Shown: positions 14,022-26,889, counted from the stretch's first letter. The stretch is DNA of 64,000 nucleotides from Cycas panzhihuaensis (GCA_023213395.1 CM041465.1:227733741-227797740); one strand, 5' to 3'. The notes: generated from the letters alone by a model not told the origin. Numbers and translations: made by a program.

Positions 14022-14417
14022 CCCACCATTCACATATATTGAGATATGTGAAATGTACATATATCCATGGAATCATATAATTGGATGACGTAAAGGCTCA
14101 AGAGATATCATAGACTACTCATGAGGTAAATCATATTATAAATATATACATACATCACTTGAAGACTTGGGAAAGATAATTGACTAGGAGATGTATTCAT
14201 TATGATCATAAAAGGAGTTCTAATTCTACCTTCTTCTGTGTTTTTTCCCACATTTATTTTTTCACATATATATATCTGTTGTTCTCTTAAGGTGAATTCT
14301 TTATATATTTGATGTTTACTTTATCTGTTTGTTACTTTACTTATGTACATAAATCATGAGATAATTTTACTATTATATTTGCATCATATATTTTGTTATT
14401 ACTCTATATTTCTCACA
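13941..14417 (+). repeat. 3' LTR with a (TA)n expansion at 13990-14019
   Basis: Matches 5996-6455. Confidence 0.9.
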
Positions 14418-14445
14418 TGGTATAACAATAATTTCTAATAAAGAT

Positions 14446-15850
14446 AGCATATAATTGCCTAATGGATGTAACATAAAAGTTAGACTTGAGCTAATAAGTG
14501 CTAATTTGGATTTAAAGGTTTCAAATGATATCTACATAATGGAGGGAGTGGTGGCCTAAGAGAGAATAATTAAATCTTATTTTTGGCTCGATATAGAGAT
14601 TTAATTATCTAACTATTGTAATATCAATGAAACTTAAGGACATACCACCATCAATCAAAATTATAATATGGGTTTTCCTCAAGGTCCCTCTTACATGCAA
14701 CAAGTTAGGGTAAGCTACTAAAGAAATAATAAATAAGAGTGCTTTAGGTTTAGGGTCAAGGGATAAGAAGGATTCCAAGGGTGTCTCTTCTACAATTTCA
14801 TGTTCAAAATTAGAATTAGGGTTAATGTTGAATATGACTCTTTTGGCTTTATATACATAACCATATCTAGGGAACTATTTTTCTATGTATTGTAAGCATA
14901 GACTAGCTTCTCTATACTTATGCACCTCAGATGTGGGTATTTTCATCTATGTTAATGGCTACTCTATTATTGAACATTTAGCTAGATAATCTATTGATTG
15001 ATAGGGAGATTCTTTCACTTGAAGCCTTGGAGGTCTATAAGGTTTTGTACGCCTTTGATAACTAAACAATGGGGCATCTCTTATAACCCCAAATGCTTGC
15101 TCTACTACCAATTTGACTTTAATTACCTTGGCATAGTTGATGGCATCTCAAAGGTTAGGAGGTTGGTTGGTCTTCAACCTCATCTAGATTTGACCACTAA
15201 TACCATCTATATAAGTCTTAATCAATGTCTATTTTTCTAGGCATTAGGCAACTCAAGTTTGAATTACTTAAAACTCATTTATATAAGATTTAACCGATGT
15301 GGTTTATCTTAATCATATCAATTGACTAAAATAAGATTAGTTCCATGTCTCTTCATACTACTTTAAAAAATATTTATAGAATTACTCCCATGTTTGATTA
15401 GATATGTACTCACATGTCTATTATTTATACTAATAGTACCTTTTCCTTTAAGTGGATAGAGGCAAATGCTAGGTAATCAATCTCAAATAGGTGGTTGAGT
15501 ATAAAATAAGAATCTAATTTGCTAATCCAACTACAGACTACCTCCTTCTTAAGATCTAGATAAAAATTTGGTATATTGATCTTATGATTGAGTGGTTATT
15601 ATCGGATAGGTTGGGGGTGGGATTCTACCTTGGGATGCTTTACCTTATAATATGCTAAAGGAGTTAGAGCTAGTCATAGAGAGAAAGGTAGAGATTTAAT
15701 TATTTATAAATGCAATGTATTTAAAGAGGTTTATAATGTTTAATGATAGCCTAGTTGTATCATATTTTTATTGTCCTAAGTCATGATGAATTGAGTTTAC
15801 AAAGAGAAAAGCATTCAAATTAACTCATTATAAGAGAGGTCTTGGCAAAG
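14446..15850 (-). pseudogene. gypsy gag-protease, upstream part of the Reina-like element
   Basis: Minus strand reads LLHVRGTLRKTHIIILIDGGMSLSFID (aspartic protease site, ~14650) and a gag-like AFASIHLKEK. Continues into 5156-5995 across the AAGAT TSD. The upstream boundary is approximate. Confidence 0.75.
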
Positions 15851-16885
15851 TAGGGAATAACAAGAAGAAAGGAATATAAGAAGTGGGAGAGGAGATTAAA
15901 AATTAGTATCAAAGGAGTGGGGATATATAAAAGGAATAGAGAGGGGAAAGGAGGACTAGTGTATAGGGTGTCTATAGGCTGTTAACCCTAAAAATTAAGA
16001 AAATCATCTAGTGCTCTAAATGAACACAACAAGCTCTTCAAAATGATATAGATAAGTAGTAAGTAATAAATTAGGTCCAGTAGGGCCTACATAGTGTAGG
16101 CTATTTTTTCTCGAAATTGAGAGTTAAAAATAACCTAGTGGACTTTGATCAACATGAAACACCAATTGAAATAGGGTGCATGAATTTATCAAGTTAGTTT
16201 TTAGGCCATGGATTTTTTCTTTTAATGACAAGTTTAATGGTGTAGGTCTCATTTAAATCCAAGAAGTATTAACAAAGTTATAACACTTTCTTTCTTTATT
16301 ATTATTATTTTAAAAAAAAAGTGAATTATGAAATTAGACTTAACTAGGGTGGACCAGGTTGTAGATGTTATTAAAGGTTGGACAGGAATTCCAATGCTAT
16401 GTATCCAATTGTTGACTATACAAAAAGATTCTAAAGAGCTAAACTATGTAAGTTGCCAGATGTGCTTTACTTTGATATTCTTACTATTATTTATAAGATC
16501 AGTTTGCTAATTATGATGTTATCTGTATAAAGTATTATTATTTATTTACTCAGTGATAAGTCATGGTCACAAATTCATGGCAATTTTTAGATGTATTAAT
16601 AGAAGAATAGAAGACTTAGGATTTTTAATATAAAGTGTTTGTATAATAATTAACTATAAGGGATAGGGGAACCTACCATGCACTAACAAGGGGGTGTTTA
16701 GATTTATAGGCCCTATGCTAAACTTCTTTGTAGTTACTATAGCTTGCCCCAATATCTCAAGGCACTACCTGTGAAGGAAAAACTATCCCTATAAGGTCTA
16801 CAATTATGTAGAGATATTCATATAGAGTAGATTTTGAGCACTAACCATTAATCCATACATCATAGGGGAAAAAATAGTCTATAGT

Positions 16886-19383
16886 TGTTTCCTAGCTATT
16901 GGGAATGGACTTGCGACACATCGACACAGGTTTGTGCAGGTATATGCCTTTACTTTGCTTACTTACGATCGCTGCGATGGTGGGAATGGTTTGATTGACA
17001 TGTGCCTGTCCATATGCACCTGTTTGATTGCTTGTTCATTATGCATGTGCCTAACGGCACCTTTTAGCCTATGACGACTCACGGTGAGGGCATTCATCGT
17101 GAATCGACACCGTATGGCGTACAACCACCCACAGCGTCTCCATTGTCTTTCGGGATGCTTTTGCCACTGTTTAGGCGTGTTACGGCGTCTGCTTATGTTG
17201 CAAACCCTTTCTAAGCTGGTTTAACCCTTAGTTAGGTCTTTTTGCAGTTTGAGTACATGCCCATGACCTAAAAGCGCTCTTGGTGATGTATTTTGAGTTT
17301 AACTTATGATTTTACCTTAAAGACCGATTTCTTACTTTAATTTTCTGTTTTGGGTTTCGGTTCGTCTGCATGATAAACTAAGCGATGCGGAGTTCCGTGA
17401 TGCCGCTAAGTTCTTGCCGTGATCGCTTAAAATTTAAAAAAAGAAACACGATGGCGCGATTTTTGTGAGCTGGCGTGGCTCTAACAGTTGGGCGCCCGAG
17501 GCCCCCCAACGTTCACTTGCTTCACTCAAGACATAAAAACTCTTTTTTCACTCATTTGCCTCATTATTGAATGAATTTTTCTACTCTCTACTTCACTCTC
17601 CTCTCAAGTTTTCTTCAAAAAAGACAAGACAAACAAGCAAGAACAAGAGACACCTTTCAACAGCTGTGGGACAGAGGCATCAAGGGCTGCTATTGCTGGA
17701 GACACAGGGCCATTCTTTGCCCCTCACGACTCCAATACAAGCACTCTTCCTCCTCACACATATTGAAGGCCTCCAAGAGGATTTTGCACCAAGAAAACCA
17801 TTGCAAGGAATCATTTCCATCTCACTTTCTTGCATGAGGCTCCACCACTCCTCTCTCTTGCAAGGGACATGCTACATTGCTTCATAGGCATCTCTTGGAC
17901 CGCTGCACCAAGTTGCCAAGTGCTCATATGCACTCCTCCTTCATCATTTGAGGTATTTGGTGTCATTTCTTTGGTGTTTTGCTTGTTTTTTTGTATTATT
18001 TCACTTGCAACTCTTTGCTTCCTTTTATATATGCACTTTCTTGGTTTCCCCTTAGCCGGTTGATGCAAGGAACCATAGTATTTGTGGATTATTAGAGTGT
18101 CACCCGAGGATAGGCTTAGTTTCCCATTCTTTTCTTCCACTCACCCTTCTTCTCCCATCCTTCTCTTTTGCCATTTCTTGGGCAAATCGGCATAAAGGGT
18201 TACACGAGGGTTTGAGGGAGATTAGGCGGGGTTAGTCCCGTTCTTAGTCCTACTCCCCAAGGGTTAGTCCCTTTTCCTCTCCCCTTTATTTCCGCTTTTG
18301 CTTAAGAAGTAGGGCTAGAGAGGCTTGAGAATCGGTTGAGTGTTTACCTTGGCATATGCTACGTTGCTCCATGATCTTTTTGTCGCATGCTAGCATCGTT
18401 TCCCTGACATCCTGTGGAGACCTCTCGTGGGTGAGTTAGCTATCCCGAGGCTATACTCAACCCCATTTGGGGTGCGTTTGTGGTATGTGACCTTGGCATG
18501 CTTATCGTGTGACTTTGCTTCTTTTATTGCATGTTAGCATTTAGCCATATCTTTTTAACTTAGTTCGCTTTACTTGCAACATATATACATATATCTTTTG
18601 GCATCTCGTAGCCTCTCTTTCGAGAGGAAGGTATTCCGCTTATTTGCTTGCGGGGAGGCGTTGGGACGAGGGGCGCATAAGGTCGACCCATTCTTGGGTC
18701 GACACTTGCTTGATGCGTTTTCCCTTTGTGTATGCCGTTTGAGCTTTATTTTTGTCATTTCGGTTTAGCTAGTGCTTATTTGCTTTCGGGAGGTAAGTGA
18801 TCCCCATCACCGCTTGCAAGCGTCGCATCTGAGGAGGACGACGGGAGGAAGCGCAACCGTGATCGGACACTGCGTCTCGGCAACCGCCGGATCCAGGTAT
18901 TCTCCGCTCACCCTTCATACTCCTTTTTCTCGCTCTTACGTTTCTTCGCTTGCTTTGGTAGTTAGAGAAATATAAGGAAAAGGAAAAGAAATAACTATTT
19001 ATTTTGTATTTGCTTTTTGCCCTACATTTGCTTTACGTGCGCTTTCTTTGCTACACCACACACCATAGTGTCGAGATTCTTTCGACCGATTCCCTTTAGC
19101 CGCTCTCACATATCTTACTGCGACACGTTTGGTTGGTTACCCTTCAGCTTTCTCATTGCCTTGAGAAGTAGCGGCGTCTGATTCCTTTTCCCTTCCGGCC
19201 ATCCGAAGGTAGGAGGGTCTCGCCTTACTGCGGCTACACAGAGCAACCGGGCACCTTGCGATCCGTGCAGCGCTCCGGCGCCTGAACGTCCACAGGTATG
19301 ATCCTCGTTCTTTAGCCTATTAGCCACTGTGGTTTTGTGTCCTTCCATAGGCGTTGGATCATTGCCCCGTGGAGAGCGTTTCA
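16886..19383 (+). repeat. 5' LTR of the young Tat element
   Basis: Direct repeat of 24373-26889. Confidence 0.95.
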
Positions 19384-19384
19384 C

Positions 19385-19403
19385 TGGCGACCATACTGGG
19401 GAC
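19385..19403 (+). promoter_or_regulatory. Primer-binding site of the Tat/Ogre type (TGGCGAC...GGGGAC)
   Basis: Immediately follows the LTR-terminal CA. The homologue in the old relative is TGGTGACCATATTAGGGAC at 47755. Confidence 0.85.
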
Positions 19404-19550
19404 TGCCAGTAAGGGAGCTAGATCCACTTCCCCTTCGTGTTGGTGCTCTTGCCTTTAGGTAGGCTCGCATTTTGTGTTGTGAGTTGGGCAACCCCCAACG
19501 GGTTTGCAGTGCGTTCCTTCCTTTTCCTTTTCGCTTTTTCTAACAACGCC

Positions 19551-22500
19551 ATGAGGCGTTGCATGCGACGTTCTCATGGCGCTTGCGGGGTTTGCCGTTG
19601 TTAGAAGACCAATCGTCGCGTTTCATTCCATCGTCGAGCCCGTTTGTGATGGAAGGTTACCCGTCCGATTGGGCCTACCATGCCATGACTTGAACTCAAG
19701 AGTTCCCTTCGTCTGCTCCGGAATCCACGAGTGAGGCGAGGATTCCATCTATTACCCCGATGACCATTTCCACCCAGAAGATTTTGAGCCTTCCACTCAT
19801 GCGGCGGAAGATCCGGCTACTCGTGAGACCCGCCACCCCAGCGGGCGAGCCTTACGAGGCGCCTGAGGTCCCCTACTGAAGTCCCTTCGACCTCATATGG
19901 CTATGAGGATACCCCTCCGCCCGGCGGTCGAGGCGCTTGGCGAGTACTTTCGGCGATTCGCCGCCCGCCTCTAGATGGTTAACGGAGATGCTACGCAACG
20001 TGGCGTCTTCCTCATCCATGCCCACGTCATCTCTGACGATTGATACGTCGCCCGCACACGTCTATCTGGTGTCTACCCGGCTCTAAGGCGAGTGTTGCGC
20101 TTGCGTCCCAGTCGTGGTCCCACTTCCTCTCGGGACATGCGGCGCATCTTTCCCTCAACTCGGGGTTAGTATGCCTTGCTCAAACCAAGCGCCGTGCCGC
20201 CGCGAGCGTGGCGCCGCGCGTTCCCTAGTAAGCCTCGAGGCCCTGCTTGCCGCCACCATGTAGGACCCACTCCCACGTCGTCGAACGGTTGGTGGTCCTT
20301 CTCTTTCGTGCCCCTGTGCTACACGTCACAACCTTGGGGGCGGGCAAGGGAAACCACCTCCCTGCATGGAGTGGACCGTTGCACCCATATGGGGTCGCGC
20401 CACCTACGGGTGGCCCATATGGGCAAAACCGGTCCCTCACCCCCTGTTTAGACGTCGGTAGCGACTCCTGCTGCTGCGTCGGCCTGAGGAGCGCGCCTCC
20501 TTTCCAACATCTACCCATGGACCCCCTTCCCACAAGGGTGTTTCCTCAAGGAGGATGGGACCAAACACCCCATCCGTTCCTTTGCGATTGTCGATCCCTT
20601 AGCCCGTGCAAGGACATGTCCTTTCGTGGACTATAGGCCGACGCCCTTGTCTGGTGAGGCGTTGAGAACTAACTTGCCGCCTCATCCTCCTGAAGTCCCC
20701 AAATTTGGCGGGACTTCGTCGCAAGACCCAACCGAACATGTCTTGCGACTTTTCCATGGCGTGCATCGACTATTGGGCCTCGACCACATCTTGATGAAGC
20801 TCTTCCGCGATCCTTGCAGGCGGCGCCCTCAAGTGGTTCTACCGCCTTCACGCCCATTCGATCTCCTCATTCCGGAACTAGTGGGCGAGTTCGTCAACTA
20901 TTTTGACGTAGCGCCCATTCGAGAGCGGAATGAAGGCGCTTTGTCGCTCAAACAAGGTCACGATGAGATGAATCGTGACTTTGTGCGACGCTTTCACGAC
21001 CTCCTTCACTCCACCAAGGCCACATTGCACGAGGAGTTGAAGAGGATCTCTTTGTCAATGCACTTCGTCACGAGGTGCACGTGGAGGTCCTCAAGATGGG
21101 GGCAACCACGTGTGACTCGCCATCTCGGTGTTTAGCTTTGGAGGCTATTGAGATCCAAGCGGTCTCAAGAAACCTCCCAAGCCCTCGCAACGCCGAGGCG
21201 CCTCCTCCAGCGAAGGAGACCACACCTTCGCGGCCGTAGGACCACCTCTCACCCGTGAGAGGACCCTAGATCACTTACCTCGCCATTCGCTCGTTCGGCG
21301 AGCGATGAAGGAGCTTAAGCTCCGACCTCCTTCGTCGCCTACCTCCCATAGACACATCCGGCCAGACTTCGTGCGATGCCCCCAAAGGGGTAACACCCGA
21401 TCTTCTCAAGCGAGGAGGACCGATCCTCCCCTTGAGAAGAGTTGGTGTTCCATCCACGGGAGTGTTTCCATGACGATGCGGCGTTCGGGCACGGCACCCA
21501 CGCGACTCGTCCCCGAGCGAAAGCATCGAGGCCTAATCTCGATCGGCCATTTATAGAGACCCATTCCCCAAACATGGGGAGCGGTCGCGATGTTCAACAA
21601 AGATACTACCGAATCGGGATAGATCTCCGATCCTCGCCTCGCATGGTAGAGGGAAGGGTGTGCGAAGGTCACCTTCACCTTGGCGCTCCCACGGCCGTAG
21701 TGCTCCATCACCTTCGATCCACTTCTGAGGAAAGAAGGTTGTCAGTGCTTGAGACCACCGTTATATGCCTTAACTTGGGTCCCAGGCGCTAAAGAAGCGG
21801 TGGTGCCTCTTCATCCACATCTCACCTTGATCCTCCTCCCAAGCTATTCCTCCGGAGATTCCGCTTCCCAGACTATTCCGTCGGCCGGTAGATTCGACTT
21901 TAGAAGGCGCTTACCCAACCCACGAGGAAGGGTAAGCCCTTTCTATCGTTGACGAGCTCTACACCGTCAGCGGGAATGTCCTTGATGGACGTCTTGAGAA
22001 GCCGCCTAAGCAACGTGCTCTTCTTCTTGAAGCTCTTGGCCAACAAGACGCTTCCATCCATGCGATAGGTGCTACCTCCCATGGGCCACTGTCATCTCAT
22101 TTGATCCTAGGGATCTCCATCTCCCAAAGCGGGAGAAGCTCTTACGTGCAGATTCGTCATTACCATTGACACTCGATTGTATCGTAAAGAGGACCATTGT
22201 AGATAATGGCTCCTCGGTTAATCTTATGCTCAGCGTATGCTCAAGGAGCTAGGCATAGTAGCTCTTGAGTCGTCCTTGGAAATGCCAAGGGTATGATGGG
22301 ATCGAGAAGTCCCCTCTGGGGCGATCTCCCTATCCCTCACCTTAGGAGGGAAAACTGTTTCTGTCCAAGTTGTTGTATTCGATGTCGATGTGGAGTACAA
22401 CCTCTTGTTGGGCCATGGCTCGACCCGGATGGGGCGATGCTCCCACGCATGGGGCAACTTAAATTTGTCCATGAAGGACAAGTTAAAGTTGTCGCCCGTG

Positions 22501-23090
22501 AGCCAATCTTCCTCACACCTCTCATCCGGCCTGCCGGTGTTTCGATGATGAAGATAGCGATCCGAGGAGGTTACCCCTTAGTGGGACCTTTGTTTCGAGG
22601 CCGACCTTCATCGGCCGAGCCCTATGCCACGTCATGAGCCAAACCTAGTTAGGTTTGCCCCTATTAGCGTGGGTGGTTACGGTTACTTTAGCGTCATGAG
22701 TGATTCGATTCGGATAGCGAGGGTTATGGGCCCTCTCCTCGTGTCACCACGGTTTCATGAGCACCTGGGGAATATCTCGATCGGATATTCCGCTCTTCCT
22801 CATTCTACATTGGCTCTGGCCTGGGTCCTAAACCGACCATTTATTTTACCTCCTCGACCTCCCGGCGGTTTCACGTGGCGCCCGTCGGCCGAGCCACTCA
22901 TGAGGCACTTCTTCTTCACGTTCTAGATCCTTACCTCGGACTAGAGCCACTCCTACTCGGATGCAACCTTGCCACGCGGTCCGCCGTGTGCCAAGTCTGT
23001 TGCACTCATCCGGTTCCGACCATAGCAAGTTTACTGGTAGACCTAGCCACACTGGCCCTACTCTTCGTCACCTATCTCCTACCCTGCGTG
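19551..23090 (+). pseudogene. gag-protease of the young Tat element; frames disrupted, possibly by assembly errors
   Basis: Pro-rich N-terminus, then EVPKFGGTSSQDPTEHV..ILMKLF..LSLKQGHDE (gag), KSWCSIHG (knuckle) and RTIVDNGSSVNLM (PR, ~22190). Homology to the old element stops just before RT. The start is approximate. Confidence 0.85.
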
Positions 23091-23149
23091 TGACTACCCC
23101 TACCTTTATGGGGTCTAGGCACACCTCTTCCTCTCTTCGTGCTCAAAGC

Positions 23150-23574
23150 GAGCCTAAACTACCATTTTAAATTGTTCCCATTCCTCCCAACCACGGGTGG
23201 AATGGCAATTTGAGATGGATTCTTGCTCCGTAACGGGCCTAAACTACCATTTTAAATTGTTCCCATTCCTCCTAACCATGGGTTGAATGGCAATTTAAGA
23301 TGGATTCTTACTCCACAGCGAGCCTAAACTACCATTTTAAATTGTTCCCATTCCTCCCAACCACGGGTGGAATGGCAATTTAAGATGGATTCTTGCTCCG
23401 AAATGAGCCTAAACTACCATCTCAAATTGTTCTCATTCTCCCCAACCATGGGTTGAATGGCAATTTAAGATGGATCCTTGCTATGAAATGAGCTTAAACT
23501 TCCATTTTGAACTGTCTCCATTCTCCCCAACTACGGGTGGGATGGCAGTTTGAGGTGGATTTCTCTTCGGTTTT
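23150..23574 (+). repeat. Tandem array of 5 x 85 bp, each unit forming a double hairpin
   Basis: Units start at 23150, 23235, 23320, 23405 and 23490. Long stem CCATYTYAAATTG...CCATTC / GAATGGCAATTTRAGATGG. Confidence 0.95.
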
Positions 23575-24372
23575 GCTTCTGGTTCCTCCTGCGGAACCCG
23601 CGTTCCCATGGGCTCTCGGGAACCTTTGTCTTCCTATTTTGGGCATTCCCCAAATTAGGATGACGCTGTGGAGTATCGTTACTCCCCCTTTCCATGCTTG
23701 TCGTTTCCTTTGCACATTCCGCTATGCTCCCTCGTGGACATGTATGTCGCCCCATCCTCTAACCTCACACCTCTCGATCGCCTCTACTCACGGTGGATGT
23801 GTGTGCTCCTGTTAGACATATGGCCATACATGGAAGGAAACACCTGCATACTTTCAATAAAATATCTACAACGAAAACCTGCATATTTACAAAACTTTAC
23901 AACAAAACATATACATTTATGCATTCACATACTTGCATATTTTCATATGTACATTTACAACATACAAAAATCATTCATTTACAAAATAAATCATACATGC
24001 TACCTCTATCATACATGATACACACCATTTCATGTGGAGGCTTGTCTGGCCAGCCCGTGCCCAAGTCTCCTTTGTCAGCTTGCTAGATATGCTTGCTCTA
24101 AGTGGGATGCCCTCTTACTTCACGTTGCACCTTGGCAACGGGGCATCCTGCTTTACCCGCTTACTTCGGTCGATGCCTGCAGACGACGCTGGCGGCCCCT
24201 CGTTGTCCTCGTCTCTGTCTCCCTTGTCCACGCGTTCGCCACGACACTTGCCCGCACCCTTGGACCACGTCGCCTTTGTTGTTTATATGTATATGCATGT
24301 GCTACTCATGTTTCTTGTTGACATTCGCCATCACATTACGCCTCTCGGCGGTGAGGCTCACGCCAAGGCGAT

Positions 24373-26889
24373 TGTTTCCTAGCTATTGGGAATGGACTTG
24401 CGACACATCGACACAGGTTTGTGCAGGTATATGCCTTTACTTTGCTTACTTACGATCGCTGCAGTAATTGGGAATGGTTTGATTGACATGTGCCTGTCCA
24501 TATGCACCTGTTTGATTGCTTGTTCATTATGCATGTGCCTAACGGCACCTTTTAGCCTATGACGACTCATAGCGGGGGCATTCATCAGCGAATGCGACAC
24601 CCCGTATGGCGTACAACCACCCACGACGTCTCCATTGTCTTTCGGGATGCTTTTGCCAGCCTGTTTAGGCATGTTACCGCGTGCCGCTTATGTTGCAAAC
24701 CCTTTCTAAGCCTGGTTTAACCCTTAGTTAGGTCTTTTTGCACCGTTTGAGTACATGCCCATGACCTAAAACTGCTCTTGGTGATGTATTTTGAGTTTAA
24801 CTTATGATTTTACCTTAAAGACCGATTTCTTACTTTAATTTTACATTTTTTGGGTTTCGGTTCCGTCTCAAGATAAACTAAGCTGATCTGGAGTTCCGTG
24901 ATCGCTAAGTTTGCATGATCTGCTTAAAATTTAAAAAGAAACACGCGACGATGCGCGATTTTTGTGAATCTGGCGTGGCTCTAACAGTTGGAGGCGCGAG
25001 GCCCCCAACGTTCACTTGCTTCACTCAAGACATAAAAACTCCTTTTTCACTCATTTGCCTCATTATTGAATGAATTTTTCTACTCTCTACTTCACTCTCC
25101 TCTCAAGTTTTCTTCAAAAGACAAGACAAACAAGCAAGAACAAGAGACACCTTTCAACATGTGGGATGAGGCACCAAGGGTGCTATTCTTGGAGACACAG
25201 GGGCCATTCACGCCCTCACAGAGCTCCAATACAAGCACTCTTCCTCCTCACACATATTGAAGGCCTCCAAGAGGATTTTGCACCAAGAAAACCATTGCAA
25301 GGAACCATTTCCATCTCACTTTCTTGCATGAGGCTCCACCACTCCTCTCTCTTGCAAGGGACATGCTACATTGCTTCATAGGCATCTCTTGGACCGCTCC
25401 AAGTTGCCAAGTGCTCATATGCACTCCTCCTTCATCATTTGAGGTATTTGGTGTCATTTCTTTGGTGTTTTTGCTTGTTTTTTGTATTATTTCACTTGCA
25501 ACTCTTTGCTTCCTTTTATATATGCACTTTCTTGGTTTCCCCTTAGTAGGTTGATGCAAGGAACCATAGTATTTGTGGCTTATTAGAGTGTCACCCGAGG
25601 ATAGGCTTAGTTTCCCATTCTTTTCTTCCACTCACCCTTCTTCTCCCATCCTTCTCTTTTGCCATTTCTTGGGCAAACCGGCATAAAGGGTTACACGAGG
25701 GTTTGAGGGAGATTAGGCGGGGTTAGTCCCTGCTGCCGCCCTACTCCCCAAGGGTTCCGTCCCTTTCCTCTCCCCTTTATTTCCGCTTTTGCTTAAGAAG
25801 TAGGGCTAGAGAGGCTTGAGAATCGGTTGAGTGTTTACCTTGGCATATGCTACCCGTTGCTCCATGATCTTTTGTCGCATGCTAGCATCGTTTCCGACAT
25901 CCTGTGGAGACCTCTCGTGGGTGAGTTAGCTATCCCGAGGCTATACTCAACCCCATTTGGGGTGCGTTTGTGGTATGTGACCTTGGCATGCTTATCGTGT
26001 GACTTTGCTTCTTTTATTGCATGTTAGCATTTAGCCATATCTTTTTAACTTAGTTCGCTTTACTTGCAACATATATACATATATCTTTTGGCATCTCGTA
26101 GCCTCTCTTCGAGAGGAAGGTATTCCGCTTATTTGCGGGAGGAGAGCGTCGACGAGGATGCATAAGGTCGACCCATCACGGCCGACACTTGCTTGCACGT
26201 TTTCCTTTGTGTATGCCGTTCGAGCTTTATTTTCCATCATTTCGGTTTAGCTAGTGCTTATTTGCTTTCGGGAGGTAAGTGATCCCCATCACCGCTTGCA
26301 ACCGACGCGTCGCATACGAGGAGGACGACGGAGGAAGCGCAACTGCGTGACGGACACTGCGTCTCAACCGCCGGATCCAGGTATTCTCCGCTCACCCTTC
26401 ATACTCCTTTTTCTCGCTCTTACGTTTCTTTACGCTTGCTTTGGTAGTTAGAGAAATATAAGGAAAAGGAAAAGAAATAACTATTTATTTTGTATTTGCT
26501 TTTTGCCCTACATTTGCTTTACGTGCGCTTTCTTTGCTACACCCTGCACACCATAGTGTCTGAGATTCTTTGACCGATCCCCCTTTAGCCGCTCTCGCAC
26601 ATATCTTACCTGCGACACGTTTGGTTGGTTACCCCTTCGCCGCTTTCTCATTGCCTTGAGAAGTAGCGGCGTGCGAGTTTCCTTTTCCCCTTCCCGGCCA
26701 TCCGAAGGGTAGGAGGGTCTCGCCTTGCACGACTACCTGGAAGCAACCAGGCACCTTGGGTCCGTGCACTGCGCTCCGGCCAAGACGGACGTCCCACGAG
26801 GTATGATCCTCGTTCTTTAGCCTATTAGCCCTGTGGTTTTGTGTCCTTCCCGCTAGGCGTTGGATCATTGCCCCGTGGAGAGCGTTTCA
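24373..26889 (+). repeat. 3' LTR of the young Tat element
   Basis: Matches 16886-19383; followed by TSD ATAGT. Confidence 0.95.

Larger units (their letters stand above)
5996..14440 (+). mobile_element. Old non-autonomous LTR element inserted into the gypsy protease
   Basis: LTRs at 5996-6455 and 13941-14417 (plus a 23-nt tail), PBS TGGTATTAGAG at 6456, PPT AAGGGGAAA at 13932-13940. TSD AAGAT at 5991-5995 and 14441-14445. Excising it rejoins the gypsy PR (FYVTSIRQLYAIL|G). Confidence 0.88.
16886..26889 (+). mobile_element. Young non-autonomous Tat-clade gypsy element (GAG-PR only, no RT/RH/INT)
   Basis: 2.5-kb near-identical LTRs (TGTTTC...TTTCA), perfect TSD ATAGT at 16881-16885 and 26890-26894, PBS TGGCGACCATACTGGGGAC. 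CpG-rich compared with its flanks. Confidence 0.95.

Noticed and set aside
17567-18140. Overlapping ORFs repeated at 25066-25631
   Set aside because: They lie inside the LTRs, show no recognisable domain and their frames differ between the two copies.
23150-23574. CRISPR-like array or hammerhead ribozyme (retrozyme)
   Set aside because: The units are full tandem copies with no unique spacers, there are no cas genes and the context is eukaryotic. I saw no CUGANGA...GAAA core on either strand.
20040-24672. Dense short ORFs on both strands
   Set aside because: A by-product of high GC and a frameshifted gag-PR, not separate genes.
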